DNA of 64,000 nt from an uncultured Solirubrobacteraceae bacterium (GTDB lineage: Bacteria; Actinomycetota; Thermoleophilia; Solirubrobacterales; Solirubrobacteraceae): the NCBI GenBank assembly GCA_963716315.1, contig OY970301.1, positions 3,197,327 through 3,261,326 of the forward strand, written 5' to 3'. The position numbers and the translations under genes are program-made. Shown here one piece after another: positions 40,533-49,524 of this stretch. The notes beneath the pieces were generated by a model. That model was given only the letters and a program-made list of their open reading frames with translations. It had not been told where the DNA came from and did no database searches. Each line of letters starts with the position of its first letter. The first letter of the stretch is position 1.

Positions 40533-41426
40533 GAGCCTCTAACACAATGCGTCCGCCCGGACGAGTGCCTTGAAGCAGATCAGCCCGCAGCCAATGGCGA
40601 GGAACGCTTCGTGGATGTCCTCGCGGCGCTCGTAGCGAATTCGCAGCCGCCGGTACTGGTGCAGCCAGGAGAAGGTCCGCTCGATCACCCAGCGCTCGCG
40701 CCCGAGCCCCGAGCCGTGTCGACTCTTGGGTTTGGCGATCCTCGGCTGGATGCCACGGGCGCGTAACGCCAGCCGGTCGCGGCGGGAGTGATAGGCGCCG
40801 TCGCCCAGCAGTCGTGAGGGGCGCCGGCGCGGTCGCCCGCGCTTGCCGTGCACGGGCGGAATCCGATCGACCAGGCCGATCGTCTGGGTGACGTCGTTGA
40901 CGTTGGCGGCGGTCGTCAGGGCCGCGAGCGGGTTGCCGGCCCCGCAGGTGATCAGGTGGTGCTTTGAGCCACGGCGGCCCCGATCCACGGGGCTCGGGCC
41001 CGTTTTCGCGCCCCCCCGACAGCGCGGACGTGCGAGGAGTCGATCGCGGCTCTTGACCAGTCGATCAAGTCGGCCTGGTGGAGCTTGGCGAGCAGCACCT
41101 CGTGCAGGCGCTCCCACACGCCCGCCTCCTGCCACTCGTGCAGCCGCCGCCAGCAGGTCATGCCCGAACCGCAGCCCATCTCCTGTGGCAGGTACTCCCA
41201 CGGGATCCCCGTCTGCAGAACGAACAGGATGCCCGTGAGCACCTGGCGGTCGGGGATTCGCTTGCGACCCGGGTGCTTGAAGCGACGCGGCACCTTCGGG
41301 ATCAACGGCTCGACGATCTCCCACAGCTCGTCACTGACCAACTGCCTGGCCATGCGCGCCCCCTTCAGTCGAGGTCGCACACGGATTCGACGCCGGGTTA
41401 CATAACCCTCTTTACGTTAGGGGCTC
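40533..41426 (-). mobile_element. IS5-family insertion sequence (two ORFs)
   Basis: IRs GAGCC(T/C)CTAAC at 40533-40543 and 41416-41426; TAA duplication on both sides. Confidence 0.88.
40539..41353 (-). CDS. IS5-family transposase, OrfA/OrfB joined by a -1 shift at a G7 run (41011-41017)
   Basis: OrfA SDELW..TGIPW..IDSS; OrfB GSKHH..GDGAY..RWVIERTFSWL..RYER. Confidence 0.85.
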
Positions 41427-41450
41427 TAAACGGTGGGCGGCGCGTAACTA

Positions 41451-41543
41451 GGGACCGCAAGAGGACCGCGGTAGCGCTGAAGCCGCATAGCAACGCCAAC
41501 TTGAGGACCGCAAAGACAAGCGAAGGGGACCGCAGACGGCGTC
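41451..41543 (+). repeat. att-like dispersed repeat, degenerate copy 2
   Basis: GGGACCGCAAGAGGACCGC..CTGAA..TAGCAACGCCAACTTGA, with four GGACCGC boxes in total. Confidence 0.65.
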
Positions 41544-41604
41544 TCGCGGTCTGGCGAGGCGCCGCATGATGCTCACGCGGCGCGCGCAAGTGTAGGATGC
41601 GAAC

Positions 41605-42199
41605 ATGCGGAATGGGCGCGAAACCCTGGATCTCGTTGTCCGCGGGGAGGAGGGCCTGTCACTGACGCTCGGAGCCGCGTCCCTCGACGGCGAGCGGATG
41701 CTCCTCGTCGGCGCGCTGCTTGACCGGGAGGTGCCGATGCACATCGGCCTTACGATCGGGGTCGTAGCGAGTGAGGAGCTGGCAGGGAGCCCACATCCCG
41801 CGCGAGACCGAGGTCGTGCTCGAGCTCGACGGCGAGGAGACGCGCTTCTCGTGGTCCGTAGGCGCCCACGACCTCGGCGACGGCTTCGCGCTCCAAGACG
41901 CCCGGATCGAGAGCGAGGCCGGACCGCTGCGCGCGTTCGCGATCGAGGATCTCGCGTTGCTCGCGGGCGCTGGGCTGGCAGTCGCGGCCGGCGCGGGGCT
42001 CTGGTGGGACAAACGGAAGCGCGAAGGCCGCATACGGGAGGACTTTGAAGCGAAATGGCGGGACTGTCTCGAGCGCGGCTGGCAACCCAAGCTCGACTGC
42101 GCGATCGAGGACGCGATCAAGCTCGACGCGAACGGGACGCCACGCATCAGGTCCGGCGCCAGCTACAGCATGAGCTGTGCGCCGCCCGGTCGTGGGTAG
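41605..42199 (+). CDS. Hypothetical membrane protein, probably one gene split by a frameshift near 41770
   Basis: Two overlapping protein-like frames; hydrophobic LALLAGAGLAVAAGAGLWW. Confidence 0.4.
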
Positions 42200-42309
42200 C
42201 GCGCAGTCGGCGGGCATCATGAGGTACTCGAACGTGTCGCGGCGCCGCGCACATGCGATCCGGCCGGCGGCGTGGCGCTAGCACACCCCGAGAGCGGTGC
42301 AAGACTCTA

Positions 42310-43362
42310 ATGACCGACGATCGGATGAGCGTCGTGCTGATCATTAACTCGGGTAATGGCACGGGGTTGAATTTCATACGCTGCCTTCAGGATGCCGGTG
42401 GCTGGCGCACGGTTGGACTCGACCCGACGCTTGAGGGCTACCACAGTAGTGAAGCTGACGTTCGGCACCTCGTTCCGTGGACCGACAGCGACGAACTGGT
42501 AGCGGCTATCAACCAGATTTGCGCCGACGAGGGAGCAGGACTCGTATATAGCGCTGATACCAGCGCTGAGCTCTTGGTTGTCTCCGAACACCGGGATCAG
42601 ATCGAAGCAGCGACCTTGCTACCACGGCTGGACGACCACCTTCGTATGGAGGACAAGTGGCTCACGTGGGAGGCGCTCACGACAGCAAAACGGGCCGTCC
42701 CCGACACAGTCCTTGTCCGCGAACTCGCCGACCTTGAGCGTATCTTCAATCGCCACGCAAGAGTCTGGCTCAGGCGGCGTCGCGGCAGTGCTGGCGCGGG
42801 CTCTGTCTCGACCTCCTCGCGCGCGTTCGCCGCAGCCTGGCTGGATGAGTACCAAGGCTGGGGTGATTTCACTGCGGCAGAGTGCCTATCGAGACGTACG
42901 GCAACGTTCAGTGGTCTCTGGTTCGATGGCGAGTTGCTTCGCTCGCAGTTGCGGGAGCGCCTTGGCTGGCGCTATGGTGAGTCGTCTGTTTCGGGCGTAA
43001 CCGGTATCACTGGCTGCCAACGGACCATCTCCGATCCCGAATTGCACGCGGAAGCTGAGGCCTGCATACGGGCGCTCAGCTCGACGCCGCATGGCATTAT
43101 CGGTGCCGATTTCACGTTTAGCGATGACGGCTCACCATTGCTGACCGAGATCCAGCCTGCACGCTTTTACTCGTCAATCTACTTCATCGCACGCGCTGGT
43201 TTGAACCTTGCAGAGGCATACTGCATGCTCGCGCGCGACGGGCGCGATGCGCTCGGTCCGGCGCGGGTTAATCCATGCGCTCCGAACCTTTACTGGGTGA
43301 AGGGCGTTGATATGCTGCCGCGACTGCTTAGCGAGAGCAACTATCTGGTCTCTGAGGGCTGA
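42310..43362 (+). CDS. ATP-grasp carboxylate-amine ligase
   Basis: GTGLNFIRCL, EDKWLT, GSAGAG loop, ADF..LLTEIQPARF. Confidence 0.8.
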   Translation: MTDDRMSVVLIINSGNGTGLNFIRCLQDAGGWRTVGLDPTLEGYHSSEADVRHLVPWTDSDELVAAINQICADEGAGLVYSADTSAELLVVSEHRDQIEAATLLPRLDDHLRMEDKWLTWEALTTAKRAVPDTVLVRELADLERIFNRHARVWLRRRRGSAGAGSVSTSSRAFAAAWLDEYQGWGDFTAAECLSRRTATFSGLWFDGELLRSQLRERLGWRYGESSVSGVTGITGCQRTISDPELHAEAEACIRALSSTPHGIIGADFTFSDDGSPLLTEIQPARFYSSIYFIARAGLNLAEAYCMLARDGRDALGPARVNPCAPNLYWVKGVDMLPRLLSESNYLVSEG

Positions 43363-43646
43363 GTCGTGGTGTAGTGTCGGCCGAAGGTTTGGGGTTGTTG
43401 CCTGTTGTGCGTTTGAAAGTAAAACCGCGCGGCGCCTGCAAGCTGACGCCCGGCTCCGCGGAGATCGCCGTGCCAAAGATCGAGGGGCGGGGCGTTAGAT
43501 GGAATGGTAGACGATTAGAAACAGCGGTGTCTAAAGGCGCATAGGTCCTCTGCCGATCCTGACCAACATGATCATGGTGGGTCGACTTCATGTACCGCTA
43601 TATCAGCAGGCATGGCAGGCGATCCGCAGGACAGAGCGAGGCGCTG

Positions 43647-44591
43647 ATGAACGTCTGCCAAGCACGCGAACGGTACGTCCGTTGGCTTATCGTGACAAAG
43701 GATCTATCGCCGCATACGATTCGCGCCTACGACAGCGACATAGCCGCGTTCGAGCGGTATCTAGGCAAGCCAGCAGTTGTCGGTGAGATCAATCAGGACC
43801 GCATCGTCGGTTTCATGGAGTCGCTGCGAGCTGGCGGGCTGTCCCCGAGGTCGATTAGACGTCGGGTTTCTGGTCTACGCGGCTTCTGTAGATGGTTGTG
43901 CTCGCAGGGTCTTTTGGATTCGGATCACTCAGCGGGTATTCCCGTCCTCGCTGGGAGATCGCGTGCGCTCCCCCACGTTCTCCCACAGCACGAACTCGAT
44001 CTCTTGCTCCAAGCGCTTCGCTCCACGGCTGGTCTTGGAGATGAGCCTGCCCCAACTCAGGTGCTGAGCCGACCCTACGAGTCCACGACGTTACTTGCGG
44101 TAGCGTTGATGGTCGCCACCGGCGCGCGGGTGCATGAGATCGTCGGCCTTAGCTGCGACGATATTGACCTACCAGGGCGAAGCCTGCGAATTACAGGTAA
44201 GGGACGTCGCCAGCGCCAGGTATTCCTCACGAACGATTGGATCGCGACTCTCACGCACGCATATCTCAATGCGCGCACCGTGCTCAATCTTTCACATCAA
44301 CAACTGCTCTTCAACTCGAACTACAATGTTCTCACAGCCCCGGCGCTCCGATTGCGGCTCGTCAAGGCGGCGGAAGATGCAGGGTTAGTCATCCGGGTAA
44401 CTCCACACATGCTGCGCCACACCGCGGCGACGCAACTGATTGAAGCTGGTGTGGACATTCGCTTCATCCAACGCCTGCTCGGACATGCGAGCCTGACTAC
44501 GACTGAAATCTACACGCACGTTTCGGACAAGGCGCTTAGCCGGGTGGTCTCGGACGCAGACGTCCTCGGAAGGTTGCTGCGGATGCGATAA
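43647..44591 (+). CDS. Tyrosine recombinase (XerC/D-like, no arm-binding N-domain)
   Basis: LSPHTIRAY N-domain; TGARVHE, GKG, HMLRH, LLGH, IYTH catalytic R-K-H-R-H-Y. Confidence 0.95.
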   Translation: MNVCQARERYVRWLIVTKDLSPHTIRAYDSDIAAFERYLGKPAVVGEINQDRIVGFMESLRAGGLSPRSIRRRVSGLRGFCRWLCSQGLLDSDHSAGIPVLAGRSRALPHVLPQHELDLLLQALRSTAGLGDEPAPTQVLSRPYESTTLLAVALMVATGARVHEIVGLSCDDIDLPGRSLRITGKGRRQRQVFLTNDWIATLTHAYLNARTVLNLSHQQLLFNSNYNVLTAPALRLRLVKAAEDAGLVIRVTPHMLRHTAATQLIEAGVDIRFIQRLLGHASLTTTEIYTHVSDKALSRVVSDADVLGRLLRMR

Positions 44592-44604
44592 CTAGGAATT
44601 ATAG
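44586..44604 (+). other. Putative recombination site (left), containing the recombinase stop codon and the SD of the next gene
   Basis: CGATAA-CTAGGAA-TTATAG immediately followed by ATG 44605. Confidence 0.8.
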
Positions 44605-45718
44605 ATGCCAGTCGGACACGAGGAGTTCGCTACACAACGACTGGTAGACCTTGAGCTGCTTCTGGTTCAACACGCAAGCGACCTAGCACTGTTTCTGGCG
44701 TACGATCGGCCCGGACGGCTCGCCGAACGGCCCGGTCTGGCTCGTGCATTCTTCGCGCAGCGGTGCGTCTCGGATGCCCAGCTGAACCAGACGATCGAGG
44801 CTTTCCGCTCCGTTGGAGCCTACGTGGAGGTCTTCGAGGGAGAGTTTCCTTTCATACAAGCTCTGGCTGCGGGTCGCCTCCAGGAGATCCCGAGGCCTCT
44901 GAAGGTCGTTTACAACGGACTCGAGGGTGGCGTGGTGCCTGATGGGTTTGAGCCCGGCCGCAAGGCGCTCATACCAGCGATCGCCGACTCCTATGGCATG
45001 GTGTGCTCGACTTCAAACGCCTACGTCTGTGCGCTCTGCAGGCACAAGTTTCACTACCTAACGTTGCTCCGTGCGCTTGGGGTCGCGACACGACCGACCT
45101 GGCAATATCAACCCACCAGTGGGTGGGCTGGCGCGAAACGACCCGCGAACGGGACGAAGGTTATTGTTAAGTCGACCTATGAGTCGTGGTCGGTCGGTGT
45201 CACCGAGCGGTCGGTCTTCGAGGTTGATGACATTCTGTGAGAAGAGGGTGACCGCCATCGCCGAGGAGATCGGTCAGCCTGTGACGGTCCAGGAATTCGT
45301 GGCGGGCCGCGAGGTCTGCGTCCCGATCTTCTGCTGTCCGGACCCGGTCGCGGCCCCGCCTGTCGAAGTGGTGTTGGATCGGGCTCCAGAAGACCCAAAC
45401 GCGGTCGTTACGATCCATGACGGACTTCGTAACGGCGGTGTGACCTACCGGCCGATGGATGTGCCGAGTAACATTGAGGGCCGGCTGCGGAGCATTGCTG
45501 TGGACGTCTTCGGCCTGCTAGGGCTGCAGTCCTTCGGCCGCATCGACTTCCGCGTTGACGCCGACGGCAACGGCTGGCTCACAGACGTCGCCGTGTCGCC
45601 AGGACTCAGCGACGAGAGCTCCGCCTTTAATTCGATCAAAGGGCTCGGCTTTGACCATGCAAGCTACCTTCGCCTCGTCATCGCTGGCACCCTCGCGTGC
45701 CGGGGCCTGCTCAGCTAG
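44605..45718 (+). CDS. D-Ala-D-Ala-ligase-like ATP-grasp protein (one extra base near 45232)
   Basis: VYNGLEGG, CRHKF, IVKSTYE..S.GV, VQEFVAGREV, GRIDFRVD..WLTDVAVSPGL. Confidence 0.8.
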
Positions 45719-48207
45719 TTATCACGCCAGAACTCGACCTCGGGCATCCTGAATCCATGGCCGAAGTTCTGCCACACCGGCCCGAATTCGGCTGGGCGAT
45801 CGGCGCTGACAAGGCACTCGTCGAACGACCGTGGTGACATCGTCTCTCCGGTCTCGATGATTTCGCCGAGGAGCTCGTGGCGTCTCACGAGTAGCGGACG
45901 AATTGCATAGGCGATTTTGTCGACGATGGGGGTTAGCTGCGTCCACTCAGCCTTGCATGTCGCCTTATCGCTCGAAACGTACAAGGCTGCTGCTCTGTTG
46001 GCCCGGAGCAGGTAGATCATGCTGGGCTCTGGGTCACTCCTGCTCGCAATAAGCTGGGCGTAGAGACGGTCGAAGACGGCGAGTGCTTCCTCGTAGCGCT
46101 CGGCGAGAGTGAGATAGACAGCTAGCGCGTTCTCGGCATAGTAGGGATCGTTGGCGAATTTGATCGAAGTCGCGATCTTTCGCTGCAGATCAGATGCCTG
46201 CTCGGCGTTGATTATTCCCATTCGGTACTTCACCAGCAGCCCGTTCGTGCGGGGGAAATCCGGTCTCGGGAACACGTCTGGTGGGTAATTGGCGATCAAG
46301 CTCTCGATTTCTTCATGGACTTGGGCGGCTTCGGGATAAAGAGAGAGGCAAATCAGGTTCGCGCCATAATTCGCGAGCGAGCGGTAGTACTCAAGCGGCC
46401 GACGAAGCACAGTCTGGCCCTCACGCGGAGCGAAGTACGTGGCGGCCTCCTTCGCGCGAATGCAAGCGACATCCGGCTGGTAGAGCCAGCCGCAGCAGCG
46501 GTCCATGGTGTACATGGCGTCCTTCGCGGCGACGTCGAAGCTAACACGGTCTAGCAGCGTGGCCTTAATGCGCCGCTCAAGCGCACGGCCGGCCTGCTTA
46601 TCGGTCATGTGCGTCAGGCCGAACAGCAGCAGTTGCATCAGACGCATACCGAGCTCGGGCTCCTGCACGGTGTAGTCCTCCCAGACTTCGAGGATCGCGC
46701 GGCCCTCTGCGCGGTCATCCTCGCTTCGCGTCGACATGAGACACATTGCCCGCAGATAATCGGCCTCCGCATGAAGGCTCTTCGACAGGTCCCGCGGAAG
46801 TCCGTCAAGTGTCGCCAAGCACTCTGCGTAGCGGTAGTGATTGACGTGGGCAAGAGCTGCCGCGAAGGCGTCGAGCACACCCTCGAGTTCGCAATCTTCA
46901 ATTGTCCGACGCACCGCGGGCTCAACCTGACGCCAGGCTTGTCCCTCCCGTTGAAGCTGGAGCCCAGCCTGTGCCGCCAAGGTGCTCGCGTCGCGATTCA
47001 TCTCTGCGCGGAGGGCATTCAGACAACGAAGCACGTACTCCGCAGGGCGCAGCATTCGCAGACAATCCGACCACCGTTCATGGATTCCGATCCTGTCCGC
47101 CGGGTTGAGCCCAAGAAAGTACCGACGGAATCGGTCATGTACGAAGACCCAGCGTTCGTCCGTCAGTTCGAGCATCTTCTCGTCACGACAGAAACGCAAC
47201 AGCCGCGCCGTCTCTGCTTCCTCGACTTCAGACGCGCACATGACTTCATCGCGGTCAAACGCCAAGCCCAACACCGCAGCAACCTGCAATAGAATCACGG
47301 CCTGCGCGCCAAGGGCTCCGAGATTCCGTATACGCTCGGAGAGCAGGCGGCGAATGAACTCCTCCGGGTCAGACGAAGAGAGCAGGGACTCGGCTTCGCC
47401 TGCCTCGATTCGCTCCGTGCACTTCTTCGCGAGCGCGAGGTGCCCGCCTGTTAGTTTGTACACCGCATCGGCGATGTCGGACGGCGGCTCCTCCATCTCC
47501 TCCAGCGAAGCGAGCACCTCCTCGAACCCATCCCTGGGGATCGGCTGCAACTTGAAGTAATGGGTCGTCATGGGTGCAAGCAGCAGGTCGCGAGCGCGCG
47601 GGTTCGCTACCTCCTGGTAGCGCTCCATGGTCTGCACTGCAAGCACACGCATCGCCGTCAGGAAGGGGAAGGACTGACACATACGTTCGTCCCGCAAGCT
47701 TCTCAGCAGCTCAAGCGACCTGACATCCCACCAGTGGAGGTTGTCAGCGATGAGTAGTAGCGGTCCCTTGCGGCTGAAGCGCTCAAGGTCGGCAAGAATG
47801 TCCCGCTCTGCATCGCCGAGGAGAATGGATGGATTCTGCTGCGTCCTAGCCCGGACCTTCGCCAAGGCTTCGATTGTGGTGGTGATGAGCCCGCCCGTGC
47901 CGACGAGCATCTCTCCTGTCTTGGCGAACGTCGTAAGCGCCGGAACTAGCGCTCCGGACCACTTCGGTAGCCCGATCATGGCCGACTTGAAAGGGTAGAG
48001 GGCGACTTCCTTTTTCCCCTCATCACCTTCCACTACAACTGCGCTACCGCCGCCCGCCTCCCAGAGCGCGCCGACGCCCTTCGCGAGCCATGACTTGCCC
48101 GAGCCTGGTGGCCCTTCTATGACGTCGATGTCGGCGCTTTCGCTGAGAGCCTTCGCTGCGTCCGCGGCGATCTCGTCGTAGCCGAGTACTGCCCAGAGTT
48201 CCGCCAC
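45715..48207 (-). CDS. P-loop ATPase (AAA_16/STAND-like) with long helical/TPR-like C-terminus
   Basis: GPPGSGKS Walker A, LLIADNLHWWD Walker B, TGGHL, FVHD; no LuxR HTH. Confidence 0.82.
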   Translation of the reverse strand: MAELWAVLGYDEIAADAAKALSESADIDVIEGPPGSGKSWLAKGVGALWEAGGGSAVVVEGDEGKKEVALYPFKSAMIGLPKWSGALVPALTTFAKTGEMLVGTGGLITTTIEALAKVRARTQQNPSILLGDAERDILADLERFSRKGPLLLIADNLHWWDVRSLELLRSLRDERMCQSFPFLTAMRVLAVQTMERYQEVANPRARDLLLAPMTTHYFKLQPIPRDGFEEVLASLEEMEEPPSDIADAVYKLTGGHLALAKKCTERIEAGEAESLLSSSDPEEFIRRLLSERIRNLGALGAQAVILLQVAAVLGLAFDRDEVMCASEVEEAETARLLRFCRDEKMLELTDERWVFVHDRFRRYFLGLNPADRIGIHERWSDCLRMLRPAEYVLRCLNALRAEMNRDASTLAAQAGLQLQREGQAWRQVEPAVRRTIEDCELEGVLDAFAAALAHVNHYRYAECLATLDGLPRDLSKSLHAEADYLRAMCLMSTRSEDDRAEGRAILEVWEDYTVQEPELGMRLMQLLLFGLTHMTDKQAGRALERRIKATLLDRVSFDVAAKDAMYTMDRCCGWLYQPDVACIRAKEAATYFAPREGQTVLRRPLEYYRSLANYGANLICLSLYPEAAQVHEEIESLIANYPPDVFPRPDFPRTNGLLVKYRMGIINAEQASDLQRKIATSIKFANDPYYAENALAVYLTLAERYEEALAVFDRLYAQLIASRSDPEPSMIYLLRANRAAALYVSSDKATCKAEWTQLTPIVDKIAYAIRPLLVRRHELLGEIIETGETMSPRSFDECLVSADRPAEFGPVWQNFGHGFRMPEVEFWRDN

Positions 48208-48226
48208 CGATAATTCCTAGTTATCG
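48208..48226 (-). other. Putative recombination site (right, inverted), containing the SD of the ATPase gene
   Basis: Minus strand CGATAA-CTAGGAA-TTATCG then GTG 48207; first 17 bp identical to the left site. Confidence 0.8.
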
Positions 48227-48367
48227 AACGAGGTGGCCATCAGCGCGAACTATATTGGATATGCGATCGGCGTGGAGATCGGCTTCGAGGGTCGAGATGC
48301 CCTCGACAGGCGGTGGTCGCATGGAGGATCCGTGATGGAGCACGGGGACGGTCCGCGCGGGCAGCAG

Positions 48368-49516
48368 ATGTCTGATGCAAGTCGCGGGGAGGCGCACTTC
48401 GAGTATCCATACGGGCCGGCGTTGCTCCCTGCGGACACTGCGACGCTGGCCGACATGTGGCGATACCTGCCGTTGCTGCCGTTGGATCCTGGGCCGATTG
48501 GGTTTCCTCTGGCTGTTGGTGGATCCCCGCTTCTTTCAGCGCCGGAGTTGCGGATGGAGTTGGCGATGCCCGCTCTCTGGCTAAAGGATGAGACGCGTGG
48601 GCCGAGCGGATCAAGTAAGGATCGCGCAACTGCGCTAGTTCTTGAGGACGGACGCCGTCGCGGGAGAGATACGGTGACGACCGCGTCTACCGGTAACGCC
48701 GCCGTCTCGGCATGTATTGGCGCTGCTGCTCTGGGGATGCGAGCTGTGGTGTTCGTGCCGAATAGGTGCGACGCCGGCAAGATGGCGAAGATGGGAGCAT
48801 GTGGTGCACAAGTGTTCACGGTGGATGCCGGGTACGCGGCAGCGCTCAGCTTGTCACGAGAGGCAGCATGTGCGTTCGGCTGGATAGACCGAAACGACTT
48901 GAATGCATTGACGCTCGAGGGCACGAAGACGGTGGCATTCGAGATCTGGGAGCAATTGGCACGTCGTGTTCCGGATGTGGTAGTCGTGTCAGTGGGCGAC
49001 GGCGCTACGTTGTCGGCGCTCGCTAAAGGCTTTCGGGAGATCCGTGCTTGCGGGGGAGCAACGCGCTTGCCGCGACTGGTCGGAATCCAGGCGGCGGCGT
49101 GTTCACCGCTCGTGCGAGCCTGGGCTGGCGAACTTCCAAAACCCGGTGACCTAGACCCAGCAGGAACCGCGGCCGAAGGGCTTGCGGTGACTGAGCCCTG
49201 CATGGCGGACGCAGTCATGAGAGACCTGGCGGATACCAATGGATGCCTTCTCGCTGTAACTGAGGCTGAGATTGAATCCGGAGTCATGTCGTTGGCGTGC
49301 CGGGCCGGCGTTCTGGCTGAGCCTGCCGCTGCTGCCGCGCTCGCCGGACTCAAGATTGCGTATACCCGCGGTATTATCGAGCGAGGGGACGAGACGGTGG
49401 TTCTCATCACGGGTCGCAGCACAACAATTGGTGAGTGCGGCCTGCGGGGTAACTTGGCGCGAGCGACTGTCGGGGAACTCGAAGCCCATATGACAGAAGT
49501 CAGGCCACCGTACTGA
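48368..49516 (+). CDS. Threonine synthase-like PLP enzyme (start uncertain)
   Basis: MWRYLPLLP, KDE...PSGSSKDR, ASTGNAA, EGTKT, EPAAA, LITG. Confidence 0.85.
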   Translation: MSDASRGEAHFEYPYGPALLPADTATLADMWRYLPLLPLDPGPIGFPLAVGGSPLLSAPELRMELAMPALWLKDETRGPSGSSKDRATALVLEDGRRRGRDTVTTASTGNAAVSACIGAAALGMRAVVFVPNRCDAGKMAKMGACGAQVFTVDAGYAAALSLSREAACAFGWIDRNDLNALTLEGTKTVAFEIWEQLARRVPDVVVVSVGDGATLSALAKGFREIRACGGATRLPRLVGIQAAACSPLVRAWAGELPKPGDLDPAGTAAEGLAVTEPCMADAVMRDLADTNGCLLAVTEAEIESGVMSLACRAGVLAEPAAAAALAGLKIAYTRGIIERGDETVVLITGRSTTIGECGLRGNLARATVGELEAHMTEVRPPY

Positions 49517-49524
49517 AAGTACCG

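Noticed and set aside
41395-41408. Palindrome GGGTTACATAACCC
   Set aside because: Lies inside the IS5 end; most likely IS-internal, not a separate element
44586-44604. Chromosomal dif site or integron attI/attC
   Set aside because: ATAA-N7-TTAT differs from the 6-bp dif spacer, there are two inverted copies, the recombinase lacks the IntI insertion, and no attC hairpins are visible
45225-45245. Programmed frameshift in the Ddl-like gene
   Set aside because: No slippery run at the shift, and the window has many probable sequencing indels
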